Shown here: positions 39,760-50,154 of the stretch, piece by piece
How the letters are laid out: every line of letters begins with the position of its first letter
How positions within the stretch are numbered: position 1 is the stretch's first letter
Assembly (NCBI GenBank): GCA_964394925.1
Contig: CAYMZG010000002.1
Coordinates: forward strand, 20,947-84,946
DNA: 64,000 bases
Direction of reading: 5' to 3'
Source of the DNA: an uncultured Candidatus Saccharibacteria bacterium
Lineage (GTDB): Bacteria > Patescibacteriota > Saccharimonadia > Saccharimonadales > CAYLGV01
The notes under the pieces: generated by a model
Database searches by the model: none
What the model was told of the DNA's origin: nothing
The model's input: only the letters and a program-made list of their open reading frames with translations
Position numbers and translations under genes: made by a program

Positions 39760-40563
39760 TTACAGATCCTCCGCAAAGTGTGGCGCACTACGTTTGAAGT
39801 ATAGAACACCAATAAGTACGAGAACGAGGGTTATGCCGTAAGGAATGAGCCGAGCATAGTGATTACCAAAAAGGCTATCTATGGTAACGGTGGAGTGTGA
39901 GACTAGGCAATAACGCGCATCTTGTACTGCGGTGGCAACCGGGTTCAATATTAAGATCTTCTGGTACTGAACGTTGGTTATTTTTGAGATTGGATAGATG
40001 ATTGGGGTGGCGTAAAAACCAGCCTGCATGATGACCTCCCAAATGTAGCTCATGTCACGGTATTTCACGAACATGGTTGCCAAAATAAGAGATAGGCCAA
40101 GTGCTAGTAGGTAGAGCTGGAGTAGTATGAATGGAAATAACACAACTGATCGCATAAGATCTACATGATTAATAACCATGAATATAGCGATCACGAGAAG
40201 TGTTAAGCCAAGGTTAATTAGAGCCGACACACTACTAGAAATAACAATCATCCAACGCGGAATACGAATCTTGCGAATAAGATCGCCACGCCCCACAATC
40301 GATCCAAGGCTCTGGCTGGTCATTTCGGCAAAGAAGTTCCACATCACCAGCCCAAGTAATAGGTAAACGGGAAAATGCGGGATTTCGGTGCCAAGTTTCA
40401 GAAACTTCACAAAGACAATGTACAGAATTACAAAGAGCAGGAGTGGTCGCAACAAAGACCATGTATAGCCCAAAACCGACCCCTGGTACCTTAACTTGAA
40501 GTCAGTCCTCACCAACTCGGCCAAAAGCGCCCTATTCTGTTTTGAAAACAACTTTTTCATCAT
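39760..40563 (-). CDS. wzm: Polysaccharide ABC transporter permease
   Basis: DFKLRYQGSVLGY.WSLL.P; RD..YIW; FYATPIIY; LNP; FAE. Confidence 0.94.
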   Translation of the reverse strand: MMKKLFSKQNRALLAELVRTDFKLRYQGSVLGYTWSLLRPLLLFVILYIVFVKFLKLGTEIPHFPVYLLLGLVMWNFFAEMTSQSLGSIVGRGDLIRKIRIPRWMIVISSSVSALINLGLTLLVIAIFMVINHVDLMRSVVLFPFILLQLYLLALGLSLILATMFVKYRDMSYIWEVIMQAGFYATPIIYPISKITNVQYQKILILNPVATAVQDARYCLVSHSTVTIDSLFGNHYARLIPYGITLVLVLIGVLYFKRSAPHFAEDL

Positions 40564-40602
40564 AAATCGCTAGCTATGTATTATAAGATAGGTAGGACTG
40601 TT

Positions 40603-41577
40603 ATGAAAAAGATATTTGTTGTAATTCCCAACTGGAACGGCGCCGATATGATCGCCGAGTGCCTGGAGTCTCTCGAGAAACAGACCTGCAAGCACGAAGT
40701 TATAGTGGTAGATAACGGCTCAGTTGATGAGTCGGTTTCCATTATCGAAGCCCAATTCCCCGATGTTCACCTTATACGATTGCCCGAAAACACTGGCTTT
40801 AGTGGTGGTGTAAATACTGGCATTGCCTACGCGCTCGAGCAAAAGGCAGATGCTATCGCACTCTTTAATAACGACGCTGTGGCTGAAAAAGATTGGCTCA
40901 AGCACCTCGTAGAAACCATGGAAACCCAGCCCGAAGCCGGCATCGTTGCCTGTAAGCTCCTTCGTGACGACAAGAAACACTTCGATAGCACGGGTGACTT
41001 CTACACCATTTACGGGATGCCATTCCCTCGTGGCCGTAACCAGCTCGACAAAGGGCAGTACGACAAGCTCGAGGAAGTCTTTGGCGCTAGTGGTGGCGCT
41101 AGCTTGTACCGTGCCGAAATGTTTAACCAAATAGGTATTTTTGACCAAGCTTTCTTCGCCTATTATGAAGATGTGGACATAAGTTTCCGCGCTCAACTAG
41201 CTGGCTGGAAGATCTTCTATAACCCCAAAGCTCGTGTATATCATCACGTTTCGGCCACCAGTTCAAAACTTGGTTCATTTACCCGCTACCACGCCACCAA
41301 GAACTTCTATCTGTTATATGCCAAGAATATGCCTCGCAAGCTGTATTGGAAATACGCGCTGCGATTCGCCTTTTTGGCAGTCTTTCTTGCAGGCTCATCG
41401 ATGCTACGTGGTGGATTCTGGGCCTACCTAAGAGGCACCTGCAAGGCTTTTTGGCTCACACCGCACATCATTCGAGAACGTCGTCGCATTCAGCGTGAGC
41501 GCACGGTTTCAATAGCGTATATAGATTCGATCTTGGTTAAAGAGCGACCGCCACGGATTCCGCCCGTTTCTTCTTAG
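40603..41577 (+). CDS. GT2 glycosyltransferase
   Basis: VIPNWNG; VDNGSVD; NTGFSGG.N; NND; SGGASLYR; FFAYYEDVD; likely start 40603. Confidence 0.92.
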   Translation: MKKIFVVIPNWNGADMIAECLESLEKQTCKHEVIVVDNGSVDESVSIIEAQFPDVHLIRLPENTGFSGGVNTGIAYALEQKADAIALFNNDAVAEKDWLKHLVETMETQPEAGIVACKLLRDDKKHFDSTGDFYTIYGMPFPRGRNQLDKGQYDKLEEVFGASGGASLYRAEMFNQIGIFDQAFFAYYEDVDISFRAQLAGWKIFYNPKARVYHHVSATSSKLGSFTRYHATKNFYLLYAKNMPRKLYWKYALRFAFLAVFLAGSSMLRGGFWAYLRGTCKAFWLTPHIIRERRRIQRERTVSIAYIDSILVKERPPRIPPVSS

Positions 41578-42931
41578 TCGTTCTTGCCTTGGAAGTCGTG
41601 GTGGTGGTTTTACTTGGCTTTTTGCCTGTCGTCTTAGCAACCACCAAAGGCGCTCCCACCGCCAACCCCGCCAACAACCACCACTGACCAGCCACTGCCT
41701 CATTGCTCCACGTATGGAGCAATATATTACACACCACATAACCCCAGAAACTAGCTAGTAGCACGGCGGACAGAACCCCGCGGCGCCGTAGTAACGCTCT
41801 ATATACCAACACGTTTACTGCTAAGAAAATCAGCAAGCCGACTACCCCTACCTCATAGCCAACCTGAATGTAGTAGTTCTCGGTCAAAAAGCCATGGTCA
41901 GGGTGCTGAATCGACACCAAGCCAGCCGTGCCGGGTCCGTGACCCAATGGCTGACGATACATGCCCTTGAGCCCCTCACGGGCATACAACCAATGGTACG
42001 AATTAGAGTCGTGCTGCGACTTAGCCGCCGTACTTTCATCGCTATGCACTAAAATATTCTGTACCGCGTATTGCCCCTTATACATGAGTGCCACACTACC
42101 AACCAGCAGCACCGTACCCAACAACGGAGGCCAATACTTCGAAAGCCACGGCATAAACTTAGCGCGCAGCGCATACACGCCAAGGACCGTCACCGACACC
42201 ACAGCCCCCAGCCAAGCGCTCCGCGAAAATGTCAAAAACAGCGTGAGCCCATGCAAAAACAGCAAGCCGCCAATGAACTGTCGCTTCTCGCGGGCCACGG
42301 TTACAAGCTTATAAAACAATATGGTTGTGGGTACGATTAGGTACGCGCCCAGAGAATTAGGGTCACGAAGTGTGCTCATAATCCGTGGCAGATTCGGCTT
42401 GTCGTCTATAAAGAACATGGGCTTTACGCCGCGGGCCACCGAGTAGCCAAAATGTTCCAGTAGATCTTTCGGCAAAAAATACTGCAAGATACCAAAGGCG
42501 CACACTACCGTACTCACAAATACCACGAACCGCATCACGTTATTCTCGCTCATCTTGGGCCACAGCAACCGCACACCCATACCAAACACCAAGAACCACA
42601 GCAAGCGGTTGTTATACACACTCCCTAGAAGTGCCGAATCCTTATATATACCCGGGTTCAATGCCCATACCAAAAAGTGAAAAGCTGCGTAGGCAATTGC
42701 CAGCCCCACGAACCAGTTAAACTCCCGCGAAGATTTGCGTTTGATCCACACCAAAAGCACAGTCAAAGTAACCAATAGCAGCGCCAAGACATCTTTCAAG
42801 CCCTTCAAAACTGCCAAGCCACCCGTGTACAGACTCAGCCACTGCACAATAAATACGTGGAAGGGCATGTAGGCGAGCAGCAGGTAAAAACCCTGCTTTG
42901 GTAATTCTTCTATCCGTTCTTGGATGGTCAT
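41537..42931 (-). CDS. O-antigen ligase/oligosaccharyltransferase family (WaaL/Wzy_C) membrane protein
   Basis: About 12 TM segments; R..STL.DPN.LG.YL; LTFSRSAW; PLG.GPG; EN.YIQ...E.G..GL; likely start 42931. Confidence 0.85.
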   Translation of the reverse strand: MTIQERIEELPKQGFYLLLAYMPFHVFIVQWLSLYTGGLAVLKGLKDVLALLLVTLTVLLVWIKRKSSREFNWFVGLAIAYAAFHFLVWALNPGIYKDSALLGSVYNNRLLWFLVFGMGVRLLWPKMSENNVMRFVVFVSTVVCAFGILQYFLPKDLLEHFGYSVARGVKPMFFIDDKPNLPRIMSTLRDPNSLGAYLIVPTTILFYKLVTVAREKRQFIGGLLFLHGLTLFLTFSRSAWLGAVVSVTVLGVYALRAKFMPWLSKYWPPLLGTVLLVGSVALMYKGQYAVQNILVHSDESTAAKSQHDSNSYHWLYAREGLKGMYRQPLGHGPGTAGLVSIQHPDHGFLTENYYIQVGYEVGVVGLLIFLAVNVLVYRALLRRRGVLSAVLLASFWGYVVCNILLHTWSNEAVAGQWWLLAGLAVGAPLVVAKTTGKKPSKTTTTTSKARTTKKKRAESVAVAL

Positions 42932-42952
42932 TGTATATAATTGTACCTGACT

Positions 42953-44059
42953 ATGACAAAACACATCGTAATTGACGCCCGAATCCGGCCCGCCAGCACC
43001 GGCCGCCCGATCGCTCGCCTCTTGGAATACCTACAACAACTCGACACCATAAATACCTATACGGTCTTACTAAAGCCCGGCGACCCATGGCAGCCCAAGG
43101 CAAGTAATTTTAAAACCGCCGTTTGCCCGTTCCCGAACTTTTCGTTTAATCCCTTACAGCAGATCAAGCTGGCGCATCAGTTCAAAAAGCTCAAGCCAGA
43201 CTTGGTATTTTTTGGTATGACTGGTTTTCAACCCCTGTTTTATAAAGGCAACCAAGTAACGCTCACCCACGACCTCACCATGTATGATTTTGTGCGAGCC
43301 GGCCACCTACCGGGCTTAGTGCACTGGGCACGCATGAAAGGCTATCGCCTGCTCATGTGGACTGCTCACAAGCGAGCCAAACTAATCATTACCCCCACCG
43401 GTTATGTGCGCGATGCCCTCATTAAGTTCCACCCGTTTACCAAGGGTAAGGTGACTGTAGCCTATGAAGCGAGTGAGCCGCCGCTCGAATTTAACGGTGA
43501 ACAGCCCGAAGGGGTCACTGAGCCGTTTATTTTCCACGTTGGTAGTCCGTTTCCTCACAAGAACCTGGAACGTCTTATCCAGGCCTTTGAGATTGTGCAT
43601 CAGCACCAGCCCGACTTACAGCTGGTGTTGGCAGGTAAGCGCGAATATTACTTCAATCAGCTGCAAAAACAGATCGATGCCAGTCCAGCACGCGACAAAA
43701 TTCACGTAACTGGCTTTGTTTCCGACGAAGGTCTGAAATGGCTCTACGAACACGCACGTGCTTACGTATTGCCGAGCCTGAGCGAGGGCTTTGGCCTGCC
43801 TGGCCTCGAGGCCATGGCGCACGGCTGCCCGCTCGTTAGTAGCAACGCCACGTGTTTACCCGAAGTATATGGCGGTGCAGCAGTCTACTTTAACCCCGAA
43901 GATATTCAAGACATGGCTGGCAAGATCAGCACGGTTATTACCGACGACGAGATCCGTCGCTCGCTGGTTGAGTTCGGTAACGAACGCATCACGCATTACT
44001 CATGGCGCAACATGAGTAAAGAGATGCTGGCTGTGTTTAAGCAAGCGCTTGGTGAATAG
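42953..44059 (+). CDS. GT4 glycosyltransferase
   Basis: IVIDAR; THDL; PHKNL.RLI.AF; PSLSEGFGLPGLEAMAHG.P. Confidence 0.93.
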   Translation: MTKHIVIDARIRPASTGRPIARLLEYLQQLDTINTYTVLLKPGDPWQPKASNFKTAVCPFPNFSFNPLQQIKLAHQFKKLKPDLVFFGMTGFQPLFYKGNQVTLTHDLTMYDFVRAGHLPGLVHWARMKGYRLLMWTAHKRAKLIITPTGYVRDALIKFHPFTKGKVTVAYEASEPPLEFNGEQPEGVTEPFIFHVGSPFPHKNLERLIQAFEIVHQHQPDLQLVLAGKREYYFNQLQKQIDASPARDKIHVTGFVSDEGLKWLYEHARAYVLPSLSEGFGLPGLEAMAHGCPLVSSNATCLPEVYGGAAVYFNPEDIQDMAGKISTVITDDEIRRSLVEFGNERITHYSWRNMSKEMLAVFKQALGE

Positions 44060-44073
44060 ATAATCTCTTTAAT

Positions 44074-44763
44074 TTAGGCAGTTGGAGGCGTGCCACCAGG
44101 CTGCCCATCGGTTGGACCAGGTGCTGGTGTTGTTGGTGGCATTGGGTTAGCTACGGGTTGTACCGGCTGTGGGGACACTGGTTGTGCAGGCGGCACCGGT
44201 TGTGCGGGGACGGGCGCAACACCGGGTTGAGGTGCTATTGGAGTGGCTACAGGCCCAGGAGCTGGCTGCCCGGGTATTGGACCGACAGCCCCAGGAACAG
44301 TCCCTGCTGGTTGTGGGCCAGCAGCAGCTGGCACCCCAGCACCAACGTGCGTGACCTTATTAACCATAAACACCGCTACAAACGGGAACAGTATGTAGCA
44401 GACCCAGAATCCGGTCGTAGCATTGTATTGTTTTATAAAACCCACTAGCAGTAGTATGCCGATTATCATTGAGAATATGCCGGTATATGTACCTACGGTT
44501 GGTATAGAACCAATAATAGACAAGGCTACCGCCGCCCACACCATCCACATGGGCTTCTTGGAAATCATGCCAAATACATATGTACTATAAATTGGTACTA
44601 TCGCTTCCCAGCCACCATAACCGGCCTTTTTAAACATCTTCCACTGCACGATTATGAATGGAATTACATAAGCGAGTACGAGAACGATGACAATTATCGC
44701 AATTGTTAAGGCTACTGAGCCTGAAACATTGCCTGTTCTAGTTGTTGTAGTTGTATATTGCAC
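44074..44763 (-). CDS. DUF5684-like membrane protein with Pro/Gln-rich tail
   Basis: WKMFKKAG..GW.AIVPIY motif; 3-4 TM segments; PQP/PVP low-complexity C-terminus. Confidence 0.75.
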   Translation of the reverse strand: MQYTTTTTRTGNVSGSVALTIAIIVIVLVLAYVIPFIIVQWKMFKKAGYGGWEAIVPIYSTYVFGMISKKPMWMVWAAVALSIIGSIPTVGTYTGIFSMIIGILLLVGFIKQYNATTGFWVCYILFPFVAVFMVNKVTHVGAGVPAAAGPQPAGTVPGAVGPIPGQPAPGPVATPIAPQPGVAPVPAQPVPPAQPVSPQPVQPVANPMPPTTPAPGPTDGQPGGTPPTA

Positions 44764-44964
44764 TGTTAAGAACCTTTCTGAGTGTTTCCTTAGCTAAATT
44801 CTACGCTAAATGGTTGTGCTTTAGCAATGAGGACTTAACGTTTCTAGCACCCATCTATTAACAGAACATGAATTAATTATGAGGTATCTGTTAAAACAAG
44901 CGCTCATGCTTGCTGTTTGAATTTCACACCTGTTATCGTGGCCCTGGTTACAAAAAGGTGAGGT

Positions 44965-47814
44965 ATGCACACAGTTAGTCGGTCCACAATACATCGTCGT
45001 ACATTTGCTTGCTTGCTCCTATTAGTCGTGGTTTGTTCTTCACTCTTCCCTAGGACCGGCTACACAGCGGCTACCTCACCTTGGCTAACCCCAGATCCAA
45101 CCCTAACAAAATTAGGAACAATTGATAGTAATGCCCCTCTAACAGCAGACATTGTTGGCAACCAAGATTGCCAACCCGCCGAAATTATCACCCGCCCCGA
45201 GCGCACCATCCCACCCCAAAGCAAACAAAGTCACGATAGTTGCCTTGTAGACACTGGCTTTGGCGCCCTGTCGGCAAGTGGTTATTTGCAACGGCAAGGC
45301 AGTGATGCTTTTGGCTATCTACGATCATCGGTTGGCAATCAGGCTATTGTTGGCATTCCGCGCACCAACAATGCCCTGGCAACACTAGCTTCTTCTACTC
45401 ATGGTACCTATGTCGGCTTCTATGACAACCTGCGTAGTCTTGTTTCTAGCACTACATTTAGTGATATGGTCACGCACACAATGCCGAATAACCCCTCGGC
45501 CGCTCTAAGCGACCACACCGGCAACAAACTGGGTGTTGAGTTATCGTCGTTAAGTTTTTCGAGCGAAGGTGACTGGGCGGTTGTCGAAGCGCCGGGGGTT
45601 GCCATGCTTCGCATAAACACTGCGTCCCATTTGGTACTCCCTTTTTCTGAAGCACCATTGCTCGACAACACTGGACTAGCCTATCGTACGGCTATAAATG
45701 CCGACGGAAGATATGCAATTGTCATCTCTAAAACGCGTTCGCTCATGAAACTGTATGATCTATCAACATGTGCAGCAATTCCCGACACTATAGCTGGCCC
45801 TGTAAGTTGTACAGCCGTCGATCTGCTGCCATTCATCAAGACCAAGATCACCAACTATACGAGTGTCGCAAGCGTTCGATTTCGCGGCGACTACACCCTT
45901 GAGCTATACATAAATACATCAGCAGCCACCATTGAACACGTCCTTATTACCGCTTCAGGGCAATCCGCTGCTCGCTTTGAATACTTGGCACTGGGGGATT
46001 CGTTTGCCTCGGGCGAGGGTGCCTACCAATATAAATCAGCAACCGATACAACCGCCAATGGTTGCCATCTATCCCTGCGCTCATATCCCTATTTGATCGC
46101 CAAACAACTGAGCCTAGACCAGACGGAATCAGTGGCATGTTCTGGCGCCACCACAAACGACCTTATCAATGGTGTGGCCGACTATCGCTTATATCATTCA
46201 CAGGCCAAAGGTAAGGAATCGGAAGCCTTTGACGAGGCAATCTTGCGTGACTTTTTGCCTGGGTATCGTGCTCAAAAGCTATTTGCTAATAGGTATCGCC
46301 CGCGGGTATTAACGGTCATGATTGGCGGTAATGATGTGGGCTTTTCAGATATCCTGCAACGTTGTCTTGGACCCGACACTTGTTACAGCCACTACGAGGA
46401 TCGTCTTGAGTTGTTAAATGAGGTGAGTGCACAGTTTAATTCGTTGGCGGGTACCTTTTCTGAAATAAAACATGCCGCGCCAGATTCTGAGCGTATTTAT
46501 GTGCTTGCCTATCCCCAGATTGCAGATGCATTTGGAAACTGCGCGCTTAATGTTCACCTAAATTATGATGAACTTGTTTTGGCGGGCACATTGGTAAGTC
46601 ATTTGAATAGCATCATCAAAGGCGCTGCTGAACATGCTGGAGTCACCTTCCTTAACACAGAGGATGCTTTGCATGGTCATCGCTTGTGCGAGACAACCGC
46701 GAACAGTATTGCGGTCAACGGACTAACTATTGGTAACGATATTTTGAACCTCCCGTACGCTCATGGTCCGATCGCGAAGGAAAGTTATCACCCAAATAGC
46801 CTTGGTCATGAACTTATGAAAAGTAATATATTGTCGCTCGCGAGTAATTTTTCGGTCTTAAACAAAGCTCCAAACCCCTCAATTAAAGCCAAGCAACCCG
46901 ACACAACAAGCGATGCGCTGAAAGTTCCCAAGTCAAATCGAGCGATTAGAAAAGTCATTCACCAAAAAAGCAATAACCCAGCGCCAGCCAAGAAGAAGAC
47001 AAAACGGATTGCGACAACCAAAGGCGTAGCTAGCATCTTCAGATCAGGTAAACAGCCACGTGTTTTATTGGATGGTCAAGGAGAACCAATTGGAACAGTC
47101 ACCTCAAACCCCGATGATTCGATAACGGTTGAGTTCACCCCTACAGACGAAACCCCTGATGGCCCCCATACCGTAGACATAGTTGGCGAGAACACTAGTG
47201 GCGAGCCGATTGCCGTCACCGAAACGGTTGTGGTTGGTGATTCCCAGGGGCCGTGCGGAGCTTTTGCGCCCAGCAATACCGATGTCGATCACGATGGCAT
47301 CGATGACGCCTGCGACCCATTAATTGGCACGGGTAGTATGGCTTCGTCGGATCAACTGGTTGTTGTGAACACCGGGGGCACGGGTGGTACAGGGACCACA
47401 GTAACTACAGGAGCCCCGGGAACCGCAGAATCAAGCATTCCTACTACACAAACACCGACCACGAGCCTCGTTACCACAACCGATAGCGTAGCCACACCGA
47501 GCACTCCAAATTTGATCATCCAAGGTTCACGGACCATAGCCATCCCAATTAATCCAACAGCCTTAACGGTTAGCAAGCCCAAGAATAGCACCGTTGCACA
47601 AGTCACACAGCCAGCTACTAACGGGCTCGTGAAGGGTCGGCAGACCACAGCCAACAGTCACAATACATCCAGGCCAGGAATCACACCACCCGCCTCGGCA
47701 TATAAAAACCCACCAAAGCTTGATGTATTGAAGCCGTGCAGTCTGTTTTTGCTTATAACTATTTGTTTGGTTGTGATGTTCGTAATCTATAAACGAAGAA
47801 AGGACCGCCGATGA
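44965..47814 (+). CDS. Secreted, C-terminally anchored SGNH/GDSL hydrolase (SEST-like lipase/esterase)
   Basis: Signal peptide; ALGDSFASGEG; VACSGATT; IGGNDVGF; ESYHPN; DVDHDGIDDACD Ca-binding motif; Thr-rich linker; C-terminal TM and KRRKDRR. Confidence 0.85.
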   Translation: MHTVSRSTIHRRTFACLLLLVVVCSSLFPRTGYTAATSPWLTPDPTLTKLGTIDSNAPLTADIVGNQDCQPAEIITRPERTIPPQSKQSHDSCLVDTGFGALSASGYLQRQGSDAFGYLRSSVGNQAIVGIPRTNNALATLASSTHGTYVGFYDNLRSLVSSTTFSDMVTHTMPNNPSAALSDHTGNKLGVELSSLSFSSEGDWAVVEAPGVAMLRINTASHLVLPFSEAPLLDNTGLAYRTAINADGRYAIVISKTRSLMKLYDLSTCAAIPDTIAGPVSCTAVDLLPFIKTKITNYTSVASVRFRGDYTLELYINTSAATIEHVLITASGQSAARFEYLALGDSFASGEGAYQYKSATDTTANGCHLSLRSYPYLIAKQLSLDQTESVACSGATTNDLINGVADYRLYHSQAKGKESEAFDEAILRDFLPGYRAQKLFANRYRPRVLTVMIGGNDVGFSDILQRCLGPDTCYSHYEDRLELLNEVSAQFNSLAGTFSEIKHAAPDSERIYVLAYPQIADAFGNCALNVHLNYDELVLAGTLVSHLNSIIKGAAEHAGVTFLNTEDALHGHRLCETTANSIAVNGLTIGNDILNLPYAHGPIAKESYHPNSLGHELMKSNILSLASNFSVLNKAPNPSIKAKQPDTTSDALKVPKSNRAIRKVIHQKSNNPAPAKKKTKRIATTKGVASIFRSGKQPRVLLDGQGEPIGTVTSNPDDSITVEFTPTDETPDGPHTVDIVGENTSGEPIAVTETVVVGDSQGPCGAFAPSNTDVDHDGIDDACDPLIGTGSMASSDQLVVVNTGGTGGTGTTVTTGAPGTAESSIPTTQTPTTSLVTTTDSVATPSTPNLIIQGSRTIAIPINPTALTVSKPKNSTVAQVTQPATNGLVKGRQTTANSHNTSRPGITPPASAYKNPPKLDVLKPCSLFLLITICLVVMFVIYKRRKDRR

Positions 47815-48455
47815 CAACCTCAATTACCACTAACAATAAAACCCGAGACATCGTCTCAATAAACACTAATCCACTTGTAGAAACAGATGTATATTTGCAC
47901 ATTAAACTGCGCGGCTTTAATGATCAACCATTGTTCTTCGAGCCGGCAGACTATCACTATTTTGAGTTCTTGTTGCAGCATAATTTAACGGATCACATTA
48001 CTGAGATGGAACGTTTTGGGGGCATCTACCCTGATTTTCATAATGATATTGAGCTGCTGTGTTTTAGCCTGCTTGAGACACGATTGTATTTGCTGGTTCA
48101 TCAGAAGACTACTTTACGCACCAAGGATTTTTTACAATCCTTGCTCACCAGATACGCCCGCTATTACCGAATGAAATATGAGCGCATGGGCCCGGTATTT
48201 GATCCGAGTCAGCGTGTTGCTCCAATTCGCTCGCAGCGAGACTTTGATTTTGTTAGTCGCGGCATTCATTTAAGTCCGCCGAGGTGGCAACGATATCGTT
48301 ATTCTAGCTTGCGGTACTACTTAGACGAAACGAGCCCACCGTGGCTCAAGGTTAATCGGCTACTTGGAGCCTTTACTTCCCCTTTAGCCTACTTGGCGTT
48401 CCTAAAGAACTATGAACACTATCAGGAAAACCTGAGGAATGATCCATTGGGCTGA
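47811..48455 (+). CDS. Degenerate RAYT/IS200-like Y1 transposase homologue
   Basis: H...RG.N.Q..F....DY..F; YARYY..KY.R.G.VF; IH..P; YRYSS match RAYT blocks, but the HUH position reads TRLYLLVHQ rather than NHFHLL. Confidence 0.65.
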   Translation: MTTSITTNNKTRDIVSINTNPLVETDVYLHIKLRGFNDQPLFFEPADYHYFEFLLQHNLTDHITEMERFGGIYPDFHNDIELLCFSLLETRLYLLVHQKTTLRTKDFLQSLLTRYARYYRMKYERMGPVFDPSQRVAPIRSQRDFDFVSRGIHLSPPRWQRYRYSSLRYYLDETSPPWLKVNRLLGAFTSPLAYLAFLKNYEHYQENLRNDPLG

Positions 48456-48491
48456 CAGGCTAAACAGTTTACAACTTTTTCGTGAAGGTTA

Positions 48492-49028
48492 TTACGCTTC
48501 AGTGTCGGCAGAATCGTCTTCAGATTCAGGTTTAGTGACAGTGTCAGCGCTCGGCTTGTCGGCCTTTGTAGTTGCCCCCGGCTTCAATATGATGTGCCTG
48601 TCGCGGCCTTCGCCAACCGATTCGGTGATAAGCCCCGCGTCGTTAGCCTCTTTGTGCACAATGCGCCGATCAGCAGCATTCATGGGTCGTAGCTCCATTG
48701 GTTCGCCGGTTTCAGCTACTTTTTTGATCCACGCAGCAGCTTTATCTGCCACGCGACCGGCCCGAGCCTTCTTATAATCGGCTATATCAACGTTTACACG
48801 AGTATATTCATAGCCTTGATTCTTCAGCGCATTACTAATAATGAACTGGAGGGAACGCATGGTGTCACCGTGTTGGCCAATCAAAAAGCCGTTCATAGAG
48901 GTGCTTGGCACATTGAGTTCAATTACCTCATGATCTTCGGTTGTTGCGTATACGTCGGTGTTAAGACCAAAGAAAGACAGCATGTCTTCTAGGTATTTCT
49001 TGGCATATAAGATTGCTTCATCCATCAC
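48492..49028 (-). CDS. jag: Jag/KhpB (EloR) KH-R3H RNA-binding protein
   Basis: LIGQHGDTMRSLQ KH domain; VNVDIADY; PMNAADRRIVH R3H; SVGEGRDR; follows yidC. Confidence 0.92.
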   Translation of the reverse strand: MMDEAILYAKKYLEDMLSFFGLNTDVYATTEDHEVIELNVPSTSMNGFLIGQHGDTMRSLQFIISNALKNQGYEYTRVNVDIADYKKARAGRVADKAAAWIKKVAETGEPMELRPMNAADRRIVHKEANDAGLITESVGEGRDRHIILKPGATTKADKPSADTVTKPESEDDSADTEA

Positions 49029-50110
49029 TTTTTCCTCCGCTTATTATTTTTTGCAGATTTCTTTTTGTTGTTGGTCGGGTTGGCTTTTTTGGCGCCCGAT
49101 TTAGAAGTGCTCGTCTTGCTTGCTTTCGCTTGAGATTTCTTGGTTGCCGCTTCGCTCACTACCGCTGCCTCGACAGTCGCGCCGGGTACTTTGGAGCCCT
49201 TACGACGTTTTTGCTTCACGCCAGTGGCGGGCACCACTTCACCTTCTATGATGTCTTTAGCAACTGCTTCTTCGGCCGATTCTTCCATCTCTTTTTCGTC
49301 ACGCTTCAGAATGATTGATTGCTGGATGTACGCCACAATTCCACCAGTTAACCAGTACAGTGACAGTGCCGATGGGAGGCTAATGGTGAAGAATACAATC
49401 ATGAACGGTAAGAAGTAGCGCGTGCTCTGGCCGACTGCGGCGTTCACTTCACTTTGATCAGTCTTCTTACCGCTGTTCGCTTCTTTTAGAATGTCACGTA
49501 GCTTGCGGCCATCCTTGGGTGCTGGCATGAGCTGCTTACTCTGGAAGAATTGAGCAATTGCACTACCAATAACAAGTAGCATTGCTGGCCAGTAAATACC
49601 CTGACCCTTGGTAATAGCTGCCTTGCCGAGATCAATGAAGCCAAACAGGGTGGCATCGAAGCCGTTAACCGACTGCGCTAACTGCTTAATACTGGTGAGG
49701 TTATGCAGGAACGGATACGAGAAGGTGTAGATGGTCTTAGGGTCCGCCACCACGCGGCGCAGGCCAGAGTAGAGACCAATGAGCACGATCAGCTGGATAA
49801 TAAGGGTGCCGAGACTACCGAATGGGCTTATCTCTCGCTCTTTATATAGCTCCATCATCATCTGGGATTCTTTTTGGCGGTTGCCACCAGCAGCTTTCTT
49901 GATGCGCTTGAGTTCTGGCTGGAGTTCACGCATTGCTTTGGCCTGATGCAATTGCTTCTTAACGAGCGGCCACATACAGAGACGAACCACAATCGTAAAG
50001 AGAATGATTGCCAAACCAAAGTTATGGCCAGGCAAGAGCCCGTAGATTAGGACGAGCAGGTTAAAGATAGGTTTAACAATTAGGACCTCAAAAATGGAGG
50101 CTAGGTACAT
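49025..50110 (-). CDS. yidC: Membrane protein insertase
   Basis: NFGLAIILFTIVVR; LQPELKRI; MELYKE; LSLYW; Lys-rich tail; rnpA-yidC-jag order. Confidence 0.94.
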   Translation of the reverse strand: MYLASIFEVLIVKPIFNLLVLIYGLLPGHNFGLAIILFTIVVRLCMWPLVKKQLHQAKAMRELQPELKRIKKAAGGNRQKESQMMMELYKEREISPFGSLGTLIIQLIVLIGLYSGLRRVVADPKTIYTFSYPFLHNLTSIKQLAQSVNGFDATLFGFIDLGKAAITKGQGIYWPAMLLVIGSAIAQFFQSKQLMPAPKDGRKLRDILKEANSGKKTDQSEVNAAVGQSTRYFLPFMIVFFTISLPSALSLYWLTGGIVAYIQQSIILKRDEKEMEESAEEAVAKDIIEGEVVPATGVKQKRRKGSKVPGATVEAAVVSEAATKKSQAKASKTSTSKSGAKKANPTNNKKKSAKNNKRRKK

Positions 50111-50154
50111 ACATCCTCACTTTCGAGATATATCTTACCACAAAATATGCTGTT

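Noticed and set aside
44074-44345. Pro/Gln/Val-rich repetitive stretch
   Set aside because: It is a low-complexity protein tail, not a DNA tandem repeat.
44858-44918. Short inverted repeats upstream of the GDSL gene (TTAACAGA...TCTGTTAA)
   Set aside because: The arms are short and AT-rich and match no riboswitch or other repeat in the window; could be chance.
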